NCBI GenBank assembly: GCA_002269645.1
Contig: NIVC01002544.1
Coordinates: forward strand, 62,001-126,000
Reading direction: 5' to 3'
Length of the DNA: 64,000 nucleotides
Source: Macrostomum lignano
Lineage: Eukaryota
Below are positions 48,701 through 61,900 of this stretch, in pieces; position 1 is the stretch's first letter; every line of letters begins with the position of its first letter. The position numbers and the translations under genes are program-made. The notes beneath the pieces were generated by a model. That model was not told where the DNA came from and did no database searches. It saw only the letters and a list, made by a program, of their open reading frames with translations.

Positions 48701-51696
48701 GCGCAGCCGACAGATGCTGTGAGTGCCATGCGTTTTATTTTCTTTTTAAGAAATATTTGCAACCAGTCATTTAAAAAACTATTGAACTCAAATTTTGAAT
48801 TATTCCTGTTTGTGAGTTACACGAACTGTTACACAGTGTGAACAAAATTTTTATGGATATTTTTTGTTTTACATAAAAATTCTGCTAAATTTCTATCTCT
48901 ACTTTCAGTAACTGATACCTTATATCTAAAATGAGTTCCGAAAGATATAAACAAGTAACCGGACTTCATTGGGGGCAGAGAAGCTCAGCAGTAAACGCTG
49001 TTGGATCTATGAAGCTTGAACTTTTGTTGTTTGATTTGATTTTGATTTTCAAGTTGGAACTGCTCTCGTCGGCATTCCGAGTGTCATTAGTCAAGTTGGA
49101 ACTGCTCTCGTCGGCATTCCGAGTGTCAATAATCAAGTTGGAACTGCTCTCGTCGGCATTCCGAGTGTCATTAATCAAGTTGGAACTGCTCTCGTCGGCA
49201 TTCCGAGTGTCATTAGTCAAGTTGGAACTGCTCTCGTCGGCATTCCGAGTGTCATTAATCAAGTTGGAACTGCTCTCGTCGGCATTCCGAGTGTCATTAG
49301 TCAAGTTGGAACTGCTCTCGTCGGCATTCCGAGTGTCATTAGTCAAGTTGGAACTGCTCTCGTCGGCATTCCGAGTGTCATTAATCAAGTTGGAACTGCT
49401 CTCGTCGGCATTCCGAGTGTCAATAATCAAGTTGGAACTGCTCTCGTCGGCATTCCGAGTGTCATTAGTCAAGTTGGAACTGCTCTCGTCGGCATTCCGA
49501 GTGTCATTAGTCAAGTTGGAACTGCTCTCGTCGGCATTCCGAGTGTCATTAGTCAAGTTGGAACTGCTCTCGTCGGCATTACGAGTGTCATTAGTCAAGT
49601 TGGAACTGCTCTCGTCGGCATTCCGAGTGTCATTAGTCAAGTTGGAACTGCTCTCGTCGGCATTCCGAGTGTCATTAGTCAAGTTGGAACTGCTCTCGTC
49701 GGCATTCCGAGTGTCATTAGTCAAGTTGGAACTGCTCTCGTCGGCATTCCGAGTGTCATTAGTCAAGTTGGAACTGCTCTCGTCGGCATTCCGAGTGTCA
49801 ATAATCAAGTTGGAACTGCTCTCGTCGGCATTCCGAGTGTCATTAGTCAAGTTGGAACTGCTCTCGTCGGCATTCCGAGTGTCATTAGTCAAGTAGGAAC
49901 TGCTCTCGTCGGCATTCCGAGTGTCATTAGTCAAGTTGGAACTGCTCTCGTCGGCATTCCGAGTGTCATTAGTCAAGTTGGAACTGCTCTCGTCGGCATT
50001 CCGAGTGTCATTAGTCAAGTTGGAACTGCTCTCGTCGGCATTCCGAGTGTCATTAGTCAAGTTGGAACTGCTCTCGTCGGCATTCCGAGTGTCATTAGTC
50101 AAGTTGGAACTGCTCTCGTCGGCATTCCGAGTGTCATTAGTCAAGTTGGAACTGCTCTCGTCGGCATTCCGAGTGTCATTAGTCAAGTTGGAACTGCTCT
50201 CGTCGGCATTACGAGTGTCATTAGTCAAGTTGGAACTGCTCTCGTCGGCATTCCGAGTGTCATTAGTCAAGTTGGAACTGCTCTCGTCGGCATTCCGAGT
50301 GTCATTAGTCAAGTTGGAACTGCTCTCGTCGGCATTCCGAGTGTCATTAGTCAAGTTGGAACTGCTCTCGTTGGCATTCCGAGTGTCATTAGTCAAGTTG
50401 GAACTGCTCTCGTCGGCATTCCGAGTGTCAATAGTCAAGTTGGAACTGGCCTCGTGGGCATTCCAGGCGTCACGTCCGGTAGTAGATTAGTCCAGTTGTT
50501 GACTGGGCCACCCGCAGCTTGGGCTAGCCCCACCCCCAGCTTTGATGACACTTGCTGCGTTGGATATGGTCATCATGCGCACTTCATGAACTTCCGATCT
50601 GTTCCACAGCTTCAACTGCAGCGCCAGCGTACTCCCATGAGTGCAGCACTGCCTGTACTCAAGCACTCCTGGGCGGAGTTTGACTCCCCTCAACTCAACT
50701 CAAGAGGATGATGATGCTCAGGTTTCTCAGGCGCGGTTGAATCACCGTTCATAGCATATTTGACAAAGTCGTCATGAGTGAGAAGGAAGCCAGCGTTCTT
50801 CGTATCACGGCTTAGGACTTGAACGAATTGAAGCGCGGTCAGTGTTTGCTGTCGTACGCGTGACTTTGATTTAGCGGGTTGTCTTTGTTACAGCATCCGA
50901 GTACGCGAACATGCCAAATCGGTTCTGCACAATGTCCACGGCGAAGTTTGCTACTCCGTCCAAAAATAGCACCTCCGTTCTTGATGAGGCCAGTCACATA
51001 GAGTCAATAGTGTGTTTGGAGTCGACATTGGTTATGCCGATGACTTCGATCCGACAATGTCCACTGTCCAGAGTTCGTCCGAATCTCTCAGTTCCTTTTC
51101 AACTTTTTAATTTCTCATTGCTCTCTACGCTCGGGTTTGCTTGTACAGCAAGTATACCTAAGGCAAAAAATAATCAAACAACAAAAGTTCATGCTCGGCA
51201 GATTCAACAAACGCGTCCGACCCTCGCGACACGACCCCTTGCTTGGTGCGCGGCTGCATTCATTTAGGGCTTGTGCTCAAAATTGGCCAGGGGCTCAGGC
51301 TCGATTCACAGCCATGAGGGCCAACCCCCCCCCCCGGCACAGAGAGTGTACATGCCTGACGATTAGAAAGTCAGGCCGCTGTACACCCTGTGTGAGCGTG
51401 TGAGGGCGTGCCTGCATACAGTATTAAAGTAGGTGCTCATTAGTCAGTGGAATGGGCAGAATTGCCTTAACGCTGGTTGTGGGACGGTGGGTGTTTCTAC
51501 CCGGACCTACACAAGCACCGCACTGAAACATTTGCAGGCCTGCTGTTGCACGGAGGAGCTGCCAGAGTGCAGCTACTTAACAATAATCCCACCTGGAGGT
51601 CAGGCAGAGGCCACCACAGCCGATTTGCAGCACTCTGCCAGCGAATGCACCGAGTTTATTGAGATTCTGGCTGATGGAGAGATTGAAGACTCATAA
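45726..51696 (+). CDS. Receptor gene C: SP, F-type-lectin-like domain, 2 Ig, membrane-proximal domain, TM, Tyr-motif tail
   Basis: Exons 45726-45819 (poly-Leu signal peptide), 45896-46138, 46206 or 46221-46417, 46560-46662, Ig 46753-46986, 47708-47941, 48016-48197, TM 48271-48525, 48605-48718, 51538-51696 (CSYLTI...CTEFIEILADG). Two acceptors differ from those of the paralogues. Confidence 0.65.
46974..47496 (+). repeat. 46-bp tandem duplication of an exon end plus splice donor, 11 copies
   Basis: Unit GTCTCTGTGCTGT|GTGAGTGCAGACTTGGCATGGGCTGGCAAGCCT begins inside the Ig exon. Confidence 0.92.
49049..50455. repeat. 42-bp minisatellite, about 33 copies
   Basis: Unit TCAAGTTGGAACTGCTCTCGTCGGCATTCCGAGTGTCATTAG. 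Confidence 0.97.
51255..51520 (+). mobile_element. Second SINE-like family, copy with conserved central hairpin
   Basis: Shares TTCATTT(A/G)GG..., GTGTACATGCCTGAC...GGCCGCTGTACAC and GTGTGAG.GTGTG blocks with copies at about 38955-39130 (+), 54460-54630 (-) and 60055-60395 (+); tRNA-like A/B boxes in the 54.6 and 60.06 kb heads. Confidence 0.65.
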
Positions 51697-52093
51697 GTTC
51701 GGTGTGTACTCAAAAGCTCACAGTTGAAGGATTTAAGTGACGAATCACCAAAATACCTGATGGTCCTCCACACCTGCCTTCTTGCTTCTAATTAATTTAA
51801 CATATACGAAAAACAATATGATATCAGCAAAACGTGAATATCATTGACTTTTTGTTAATGTTACTTTGAACTTATAGATTTTAATCAAACTTTTTCAATC
51901 AAGTTTCGCTAAACATGTGCGCCAATAAAGCATTAATTTTCTGCTTTTAACTCAGAAGTGGCTTTAAATGGACAGTTTAGCCCTGGACACATGGCTTGAT
52001 TTCTTGCAGGATGTTTACTTAGAACTGATGATTGGGCTGTTTTGAGGGGCCTGTTCCTGGAAATAGATCGGAAGCTTATCGGAAAGTGACACA

Positions 52094-52690
<597 letters not shown>

Positions 52691-52993
52691 TTTGCACACT
52701 TGAAACTTCCGTACCAGATCGACGTTTGAGCAAGGGTGCTGATATTATAACTCATTTGAGGCGCCTGTGGTATTGGTGTAGCTAAAAATACATTCCCAAA
52801 ACCCAAAATAGAGCATTTTCATTTAAAATAAGAATGGCCAGGACTTGGCACGCTGACCAACGCGGAGAGCGTTGCCGAACTGTTTACGAGTTGCAGTGGA
52901 CGCTTCCGCAAACAGACTGAAATTCCAGCCCGCACGGCAACTGAGGTCTGCGCTGGTCACTGCCGAAAATTTGATTCGGCAAATCTCAACGCC

Positions 52994-55900
52994 ATGGCAG
53001 CATTTGAACTCATGGTGGTTGTATTGTTTCTGGCACTGCACCGAACAGGAGCGACCGAAGACTGTGAGTTCGATGACGTGTTTTCAAAAATTTCAAAATA
53101 TTTTTTTCCGCAGAAGGGGGAGGGCGCAGGAGGGCATGTCCACCCAGTAAAAGCTATGGGGGGCATGCTAATGCTTTGCCCCTCCCGCGACACTTGGTGA
53201 CCCGTCATGGAAATCAAAAATTTTGTTTTAGGGTGTTAAAATATAGCGCCTGCAGCGCCAAAATGAGGCTCTCGGCGCCAAAATGAGACCCTCGGCGCCA
53301 AAATGAGACCCTCGGCGCCAAAATGGGTGCCTGTCTGCGGCGCCAAAATGAGTGCCTACGGCGGAAAACAGGGTGCCTGCGGCGCCAAAATGAGTGCCTG
53401 CGGTGCCAAAATGAGTGCCTGCGGTGCCAAAATGAGTGCCCGCGGCGCCAAAATGAGTGCCCGCGGCGCCAAAATGAGTGTCCGCGGCGCCAAAATGAGT
53501 GCCCGCGGCGCCAAAATGAGTGCTCGCGGCGCCAAAATGAGTGCCTGCGGCGCCAAAATGAATGCTAACAGCACGTATTTCCATAATAATGTTGGAATGT
53601 ATTCTTATGTTTTAGAAATTTAGTCATGGGAGCTATTGACTTACCATAAAAACCATGGCGACGCCCCTGTGCAGGTGAGCTCCCGATTCGCAGGAGCCGC
53701 GTGCTGAGCACCTGGCAGTCGTCGTTTGGCGACGGTCCGACCTGCTTCTACAACAGAAATCAAACTGATGAAGATGCAGCAATGCAGGAAACAAAAGCTA
53801 CCTGCAAATTCTTTCACAGCGCTGACAAGAGCTCAGCAGACGGCGGGTTTCACTGGTTCGCTGTGCAGCTGAATGAGACAGTGCTCATCAGATCTGTGAC
53901 TGTGAAGGCTCGGCAAGGTAAAATGATAGGATTGATAATTTCGTATTTGTGAAGTGAAGATTTAGTATTTACTGTTTGTCGCATCGAATCTTCAGTCACA
54001 ATTTCGCACCTGTCTGACCACCTGCGGGCGAGCAGCATTGAAATATTCACATCCGGAAACAGCAGCGAGATGTTCTCCGGTGTTGACCACTGCATTTCAA
54101 ACAGCATGAGCAGGCAGTTCAACGACTCGCGTGAGCAGTGGAAATTGTGCGGCAATACAAAAAGCAAGCAGAAAGGGAACATCGCTGCTGGGGAAAATAT
54201 CACTGTGAGCTGTGTGGCAGAGGTGAGTGCTGAGTCAAACTCTCGTGAGTCATTTTAATTTTTCTGCAATGCAAAATGAAGCTTATGCATCAGTTTTAAC
54301 CAAAAAATTTCAGGTTCGACATCTGCTGCTGCGGAGACCCCAGTCGGCTGAGGGGCAGAACTACATGAACTTCGCCGACTTGAGACTTCAGACTGTGTCG
54401 CTGAGTAGGTTGATGGATGAAGATGAATGGAGATGAAGATGGATGAATTTTTGATTTTGACTTTGACTTTCCAATCGTCAGGCATGTACACTCTCTGTTC
54501 CTTGGGGGGGTGGTACTCATGGGTTGCGAATCTGAAGTCAGAAGCCTCAAATGAAAGTGGCAGCGCACGGAATCGAACCAGGGGTCGCGGCGCGAGAGGC
54601 AGATGCCTTTACCGCTGAGCTCCTGGGGCTCTCTACGAGCGCATGCTATTTAACACCCAGAACTAATTGTCCTTGATCCACAACAAGCCTGAAGATACAC
54701 CTCGGAGTTGATTATCAGCTTTATATTTCTTTTATACACCCAGTGGGCAGCTAATTATGATTTGCAATTAGGCCATATTTTATATTGAAAAGTCACCAAA
54801 ATGCTGACTGTATTTTTCAGAATTAGAGAGTCCTCAAGTGGTTGCTGTGGGCTCCAATTTCACGGTGAGCTGCTGGCTGCAGCAGTGCAACGGCTCAAAG
54901 CTGAGTACGAACTCAAGCGAGCTGCAGCTCTGCATTCCAAATGGAACCTGCGTCTCAAATTTGAAATATTTTATTGCCGATGTGCAGCCTGAGCACTCGG
55001 GCAGCTACTCCTGCAAGTTCGGCTCGGTTTCCAAGTCAACTGAAGTAGCTGTTCTGGGTAAGAGCGCTTTAACTCAGCACTCTGTGTGACTCATGGATGA
55101 AGGAATCTTACATGGATGATGGACTCCTTCATCCATGGTGTGACCGCAATAAGAGCGCATTTCAATTGACCTGCACCTGCAGCATAGGCTCGATAAATAA
55201 ATCGTCTTCAATCGCAGTCCTATGTGAGAGACTGCTCTATGCTCACATTCTTTCCAACATGCAATTTAAACCTGAGCTTGGATAAAGACGTATGAGCATG
55301 CCTGCATAAGCATGAGCAAAACCGACTCCAGAGCCATCTCAGTTTTCGATACGAGCTACTCCACTTTTAAGCTAGCGCCAGATACTCCACTTCTGAATTG
55401 CAGCCTCATCTCCAGACCAAGTGGTGGCGGACAGCGGCAACATTTCCATCAGCTGCTCCCTGAACTTGAACTTGTCGGATTCAAACATGAAGTCAAGCCG
55501 GCTGCAGCTGTGCACTCCAAGCGGGGACTGCCGACACACCCAGCAGATCCACATTGCTGATGTGAAACCTCGGCATTCTGGAATTTATGCTTGCAAATTC
55601 GGCAATGCGTCGAAGTCACTTCAAGTCGCTGTTCTGAGTGAGTCATTGATTAGTTGCCTTAAAATGCTTACACTAAAGATGGCGAGAATGCATTCCGATA
55701 GGACGGAGATTTTATTCCACCAAAGAATGTAGGGATTTCAATAGAATAGAAATAGGCTCAGCTTGACTACATTTATGAATCTTAACTTTATTAAATTTCC
55801 AGCTTCATCTCCAAGCCAGAATGTTTCCGAAAACGCAAGCTTCACCGTGAGCTGCTCGCTGCACTGCGGAAATGCATCGCAATGCTCAGATCGCTTATTG

Positions 55901-58900
55901 GGTGGCGACCTCCGGCTGTGCCCTCCGAATGGGAGCTGCCTGACAAATTCAAGTCTGCAAGTGGACAGAGCTCAGGCAATGCACTCCGGAGTTTATACTT
56001 GCAGATATGACGTCATTGAGATCGAGACAGAAGTCTTTGTTCTTTGTAAGTAGAAAGTAGGCTGCCTTCAGAATCTTGTTGCTCAGTGTTGCTCAGTGTT
56101 GCTCAATGCTGCTCAGTGTTGCTCAGCGTTGCTCAATGTTGCTCAATGTTGCTCAGTGTTGTTCAATGTTGCTCAGTGTTGCTCAGTGTTGCTTAATGTT
56201 GCTCAATGTTGCTCAGTGTTGCTCAGTGTTGCTCAGTGTTGCTCAGTGTTGCTCAGTGTTGCTCAGTGTTGCTCAGTGTTGCTTAATGTTGCTCAATGTT
56301 GCTCAGTGTTGCTCAGTGTTGCTCAGTGTTGCTCAGTGTTGCTCAATGTTGCTCAATGTTGCTCAGTGTAGCTCAATGTTGCTCAGTGTTGCTCAATGTT
56401 GCTCAGTGTTGCTCAGTGTTGCTCAATGTTGCTCAATGTTGCTCAGTGTTGCTCAGTGTTGCTTAATGTTGCTCGGTGTTGCTCAGTGTTGCTCAGTGTT
56501 GCTCAGTGTTGCTCAGTGTTGCTCAGTGTTGCTCAGTGTTGCTCAGTGTTGCTCAATGCTGCTCAGTGTTGCTCAGTGTTGCTCAGTGTTGCTCAGTGTT
56601 GCTCAGTGTTGCTCAATGCTGCTCAGTGTTTCTCAATGTTGCTCAATGCTGCTCAGTGTTGCTCAGTGTTGCTCAATGTTGCTCAGTGTTGCTCAGTGTT
56701 GCTCAGTGTTGCTCAATGTTGCTCAGTGTTGCTCAGTGTTGCTCAGTGTTGCTCAGTGTTGCTCAGTGTTGCTCAGTGTTGCTCAATGCTGCTCAGTGTT
56801 GCTCAGTGTTGCTCAGTGTTGCTCAATGTTGCTCAGTGTTGCTCAATTTCACAATCGATTAACTCACCTTCATCAGGCGAGTTCCCAGTTCGGCGAAGTC
56901 GCATTCTGAGTTCGTGGCAGTCATCATTCGACGATGGTCCGACGTGTTTCCACAGCAGGAATCAGGCAGACGAAGCCTCCATCATCAGCAACAGGCAAAC
57001 CAGCTACAAGTTCTTCCACAGCGCCAACAGAAGCCAAGCAGACGGCGGGTTTCACTGGTTCGCCGTGCAGCTGAATGAGCCAGTGATCATCAGATCTGTG
57101 ACTGTGAAGGGCAGAGAGGGTGAGTGAGGACAACTTATTTATACGCTTCTTCTGTAAGGACTGATTCTCCTGTTCTGAAGATTCCACTGTACAGTAATAC
57201 GTTTCAACGACATCATAAGTAACTCCTCATCTTATTTTCAGACGGTGTGACAAGTACTTACAATCGAGCAAAGGACATTGAAATATTTACCTCCAACTCT
57301 AGCAGCTCCCTGATCCATGGGGATAACTGCAACACCAAAAAAATGAGCTTTCAGTTTAAAAATTCGATGCACCATTGGAGGCCATGCGGCGTGACTGATA
57401 AGCAGGGAGACGTCGCAGATGGGGAAATGTTTCACGTGAAATGCGTTGCTGAGGTAAAAATTTGGAAAAAAAAATTTGGAAATTCTACAGTGATTTGAGT
57501 ACCATTGTCTTTCCAAGCAACCTATGAGCATTTAAACTGCAGGTCCGAAGTCTACTCCTGCGAAGAAACGTGTCTAAAGACACGGACGGGCACATGAGCT
57601 TTGCTGACCTGAGGCTTCAGACTGGGAAAATCAGTAAGATTTTTGAGCTGTCATGAGTTGTGTCCAAGTCCTGGTGTGTGTGCTAAGTTGAAGCGCTAGC
57701 AGTACATGCAAAATGACTGAAGTTCGTCTCAAAAGTGTCTCAAATCATTGCATTTCAGAAGTCGAGAGCCCCAAGGCGGTGCTGCAGCACTCAGCATTCT
57801 CAGTGCGCTGCCTGTTGGACTGCAACGGTCGAACCGAATACTCACCGAAGTTGGAGCTCTGCCTTCCAAACGGAAGCTGCGTTGGACAAGCTGAAGCCGT
57901 CATTCACAGGGCGCAGCTGTGGCACCATGGAAACTACACGTGCAAGTTGGGCAGCTCGCAGAGCTCAAAGTTCTTAACGGTGTTTTGTAAGTTTTCATCA
58001 ATAGAAACATGACTTGGTGTTGCATCAGTACTGAATCATTCAAAAGATTCCATAAGTTGATTCTGGACTCTGGATGACAAATCGATTGCTTAGCATTTGA
58101 TAATTAGCGTTGCACTGGGACTCCTCTCGTACACAGATTGGAAGAAAATTCTCGCAAGGAGTCGTGCCAGCTTAAGGCTGGCTGATGGCAGTAGAAGCCA
58201 TCAATGGCAGCAGATCAGGCCGCATTTCAGGTGACTTCCCTATCCGGAGGAGCCGCATATCGAGTGCTTGGCAGTCGTCTGCATTCGAAGACACCTGTTT
58301 TAATAAAAGAACTGCTGAAGCGGAAGTGAACTTGGAACCATGGAAGTATTTTCACAGTAGTCGCAGTAGCTCAGCAGACGGCGGGTTTCACTGGTTCGCA
58401 GTGAAGCTGGATGAGCCAGTGCTCGTCAGATCGGTCACTGTGAAGAGCAGAAACAGTGAGTGACTTTTCACTTCTTCATGAGTATTAATCATACCTAAAT
58501 CTGAGTCCGAATCGTTTTTGTCTGGAGTCTATTAGGTTAAAAAACTTCTCAATAAGGTGTTGTCCTGTCCGGCGCAATGGAAAAGCGATGCCAGGTTTTT
58601 ATTAGTTTTTAGGTCCGTTGCAAATTTATGTTGCTCGTACTAGTGAAGTAGCCTCTTCAAATTCAAGAAAGCAGAATCAAAGTTGGTCTGCAGAGTAAAT
58701 TAAATGCTTTTTTACCCAGCATCACTTTTGCAAACACACCAAATCCATGAGCAGTCGCGGTTTAATTCCAGACGCAGACTACACGAGGGCAAAGGGGATC
58801 GAGATCTTTACGTCAAACAGCAGCGATGAAATATTTTCCGGAAACCACTGCGCCTCGAAGAGCATGAGTGCTCAGTTCAATTGCTCATTTCATCTCTGGA

Positions 58901-61900
58901 GTCTGTGTGGGCAGACAGAGAAGCAAGGAGCAATTCAACCTGGCGAAAATTTTACTGTGAGCTGCGTTGCCGAAGTGAGTGACAGCGTTGCGAAGAGATT
59001 TATCGATTGCGAGTATTATCAACTCGCAAGACTTACATGTAGAATTGTCAGAGCTGTTCAGCACCCATCAAGACCATGAATAGTGGCGGGGTACGAGGTC
59101 AACGCGAACTACCAAGAAACTTTCCAGTGGTGGATGGAGACAATGGAGTGGCCTAGAGAGTCTGGGGGAGATGGGGATAGCTACAAGAGTCAGTCAGAGT
59201 TAGACTACATCCACAGGTGCTTCGCTCGTTTGGCCCATCATGAAATTGGAGTTTACAAGAATCTGCTCACAATGGGTGCTGATTCTCAGTTGAGTACCTC
59301 TACTCCAAAGTTCGCCTACTAAACGACTCATAGCAGCTGGGCAGGTGGGAAGGCAGAAGCCATTTCTTCCGACCAGTGAGATTGACCTGAGCACTCTACA
59401 AGCTTGAGCAGGAGGGTTGGTAGCTACTCCATCTCCCTCCCTGCAGAAGAAAGCGCAGTTGTCTGCATTGCCGACCGTAATGGGATTTGGCGGATCATTC
59501 TGACTCAATGAAATTCCATAATGGGACTCGGTAATGAGGTTCTGGAATTAAAAAATCGATGTGGTCTAGGATCTGCTCTAAAAAATAGCGACTTCCGGCC
59601 CATGGCTGACCATCACTGTTCCGACTTACCTTTTCAGGTCTGGCAGCTGCTTCTGAAAAGAAGTGCCTACATTGAGAACAATGAGTACATGAACTTCATG
59701 GACCTAACACTCCAAACTGTGCCGATTAGTAAGTTAACCATGATTTCTATGCTTCACGATTCACTTATACATTAAAAAATGTTCTAAAACTTTTAGAAGT
59801 GCACAGTCCTCAGTTGGTGGCGCAGAACTCCAGCTTCACTGTGCGCTGCGCCATCAAATGCGATGAAGACGGAGCTGATGTGGCCTCCAACTCGTCTGAG
59901 CTGCGGCTCTGCTCTCCGAACGGAAGCTGCTCAGAAGGATCAACAGTTCGAATCGACAGTGCTCAGCCCCTGCATTCTGGGAAATATACTTGCAAACTGG
60001 GCTCGTTCGAGAGGTCAGCAACAGTCGCAGTGCTGTGTGAGTTCATCTAGTTCGACTGACATCAGTGGTACAGCGCGGTGCTCTGATGTGCCAGTGGCCC
60101 AGGCTCGATTCCAAGTGCAGTCACACTAATTTGAGGCTAAATTGGAATCTCGGCTTGGCTCTGCTCGTGCAATTAACGCAGTGAAGTGTACATGCCTAAC
60201 GATAAATAAAGTTGGGGCCGCTGTACACTCCTGTGTGAGTGTGTGCCTATGCGTATGACTGCGTACGTATCTGCGCGCTTCTGTGCCTGCTCAGGGGAGT
60301 CGGCGGAATGGGCAGTGATGCCTCTCGCCGGTTGTGTGACAATGTCGCTTAAAGTGCGCCAGGGTGCACAGAGCCCCTGTCTCTAACAATAATAACTTAG
60401 TTTGGCTAAAAAGTAGTAATATCCTTGACTATCCGTTATTAAATTCCAAATAGCCATTGTGCCAAGTGGTAAAGCGTCTGACTCTTGCATCAAAGTCCCT
60501 GGTTCGATTCCGTGGATATTTTTGGGGTTAGGATATTTTCAGCAGGACGAACGAAAAAGAGCAAAACTATAATTTCAAGTGCCGATGATGATTTCAGCAT
60601 CCTCAGAACACCAGCTGGTGGCAGAGAACTCAAACTTTTCCGTGAGCTGCTCGCTGCACTGCAACGGCTCTGAGCAGTGCCCCGACTCCAGCAAGCTGCA
60701 GCTCTGCTTGCCAAACGGCACCTGCATTCGGGAAAGCCAGCTCAATGTTGCCGGAGCGACTCCGCTGCACTCTGGAGTTTACAGGTGCAGAGCCGGGCCT
60801 GCCAATGCGTCAACTCTCGTGACTGTGCTGGGTGAGTCCCGTTTACCCTGGCCTTGCCTCCTAGCTGATAATATGTCTTCATTTAGTTTTCCAACGTGTG
60901 TCTTTCAATTTTGCTGATGTCAGCCTCTCTCGAACTCCAGCATCTTCACCTCATCAAGTGGTGGCCGAAAACTCGAGCCTGATATTGAACTGCTCGCTGC
61001 ATTGTGGGCTCGAAGCAGTCGAATGCGAAGACTCAGCTGCTCATGGAAAAATGAAAATTTGCCGTCCCAACAACGGCAGTTGCAGCTCAGATCGATCGTT
61101 TCAAATTTCTGCAGCAACTCCGGCTCAAGCTGGAACCTACGCGTGCAAGATCGGCTCGGCTGAGGCACCGACCTCAGTAGCTGTGCTCTGTGAGTTTGCT
61201 GTCACTTCTCGTGACTTTTGGAATGTCATGCTCAATGGTTGTCACGTACATTAGAGGCCGTTAGTTTTCCTAAGCATCACTTAGCGCTTGAGATTTTTTC
61301 ATTCTAGTGGCACTCACTGGATAGTAGGAAATAAAGTTCTACGAGGGGATGTCTGGAAAAGTTCTGACACTTTTAATCCCAGAGCAGAAACGGAACCAGC
61401 TGAAATTTTTATGGCGGCACATTTTGGAGGCCACTCCATCGAAAGGTTATGCTTGAAAAAGCACCACAATGCCACTGATGGTCTTACAAGAACTGAAAGT
61501 CGCAACAAATATAAAGAGATGGTTTGTCTTTGAAAAACCAATTTTGGTTCTCATATTCTCATTATATTATCAATATGCGCTTGTTCGAACCGGTGCACAT
61601 CCTCGTTAATTCAGCTGTGCATTTATAACAATCGATCGATCAATATTTCAATTCGGAATGCCGCAAAATTCTGTTCACTGCGGCCTATCTGGTTCAAATT
61701 TCCAGTCAGCTCAAAGTCGCTTCAAAGTCCGTCAGTCAAGCGGTGCCAGGACTCCGCAATAGCACCGACGTAGTAGCCCGAATATTCGATGTAGTCGTTC
61801 AGGCCGTCGAACGTAGGCGAGCAAGAGACGTAGCTCTCGGCCACGGCGTCATCTGGTTGGCCAGTCAGCCACAGGCTGCCGTCGATGCTGGAGTTGCAGC

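Noticed and set aside
50760-51110. Minus-strand vWA- or ATPase-like fragment (EVLFLDG...GMFAYSD)
   Set aside because: Interrupted by stops, too short, and cannot be assigned without a search.
59030-59560. ORFs inside the gene D intron
   Set aside because: No family motif, splice-phase fit or terminal repeats identified.
60452-60515. tRNA-Lys(CTT)-like gene
   Set aside because: A and B boxes are present but the anticodon and acceptor stems do not pair; it resembles the head of the second SINE family.
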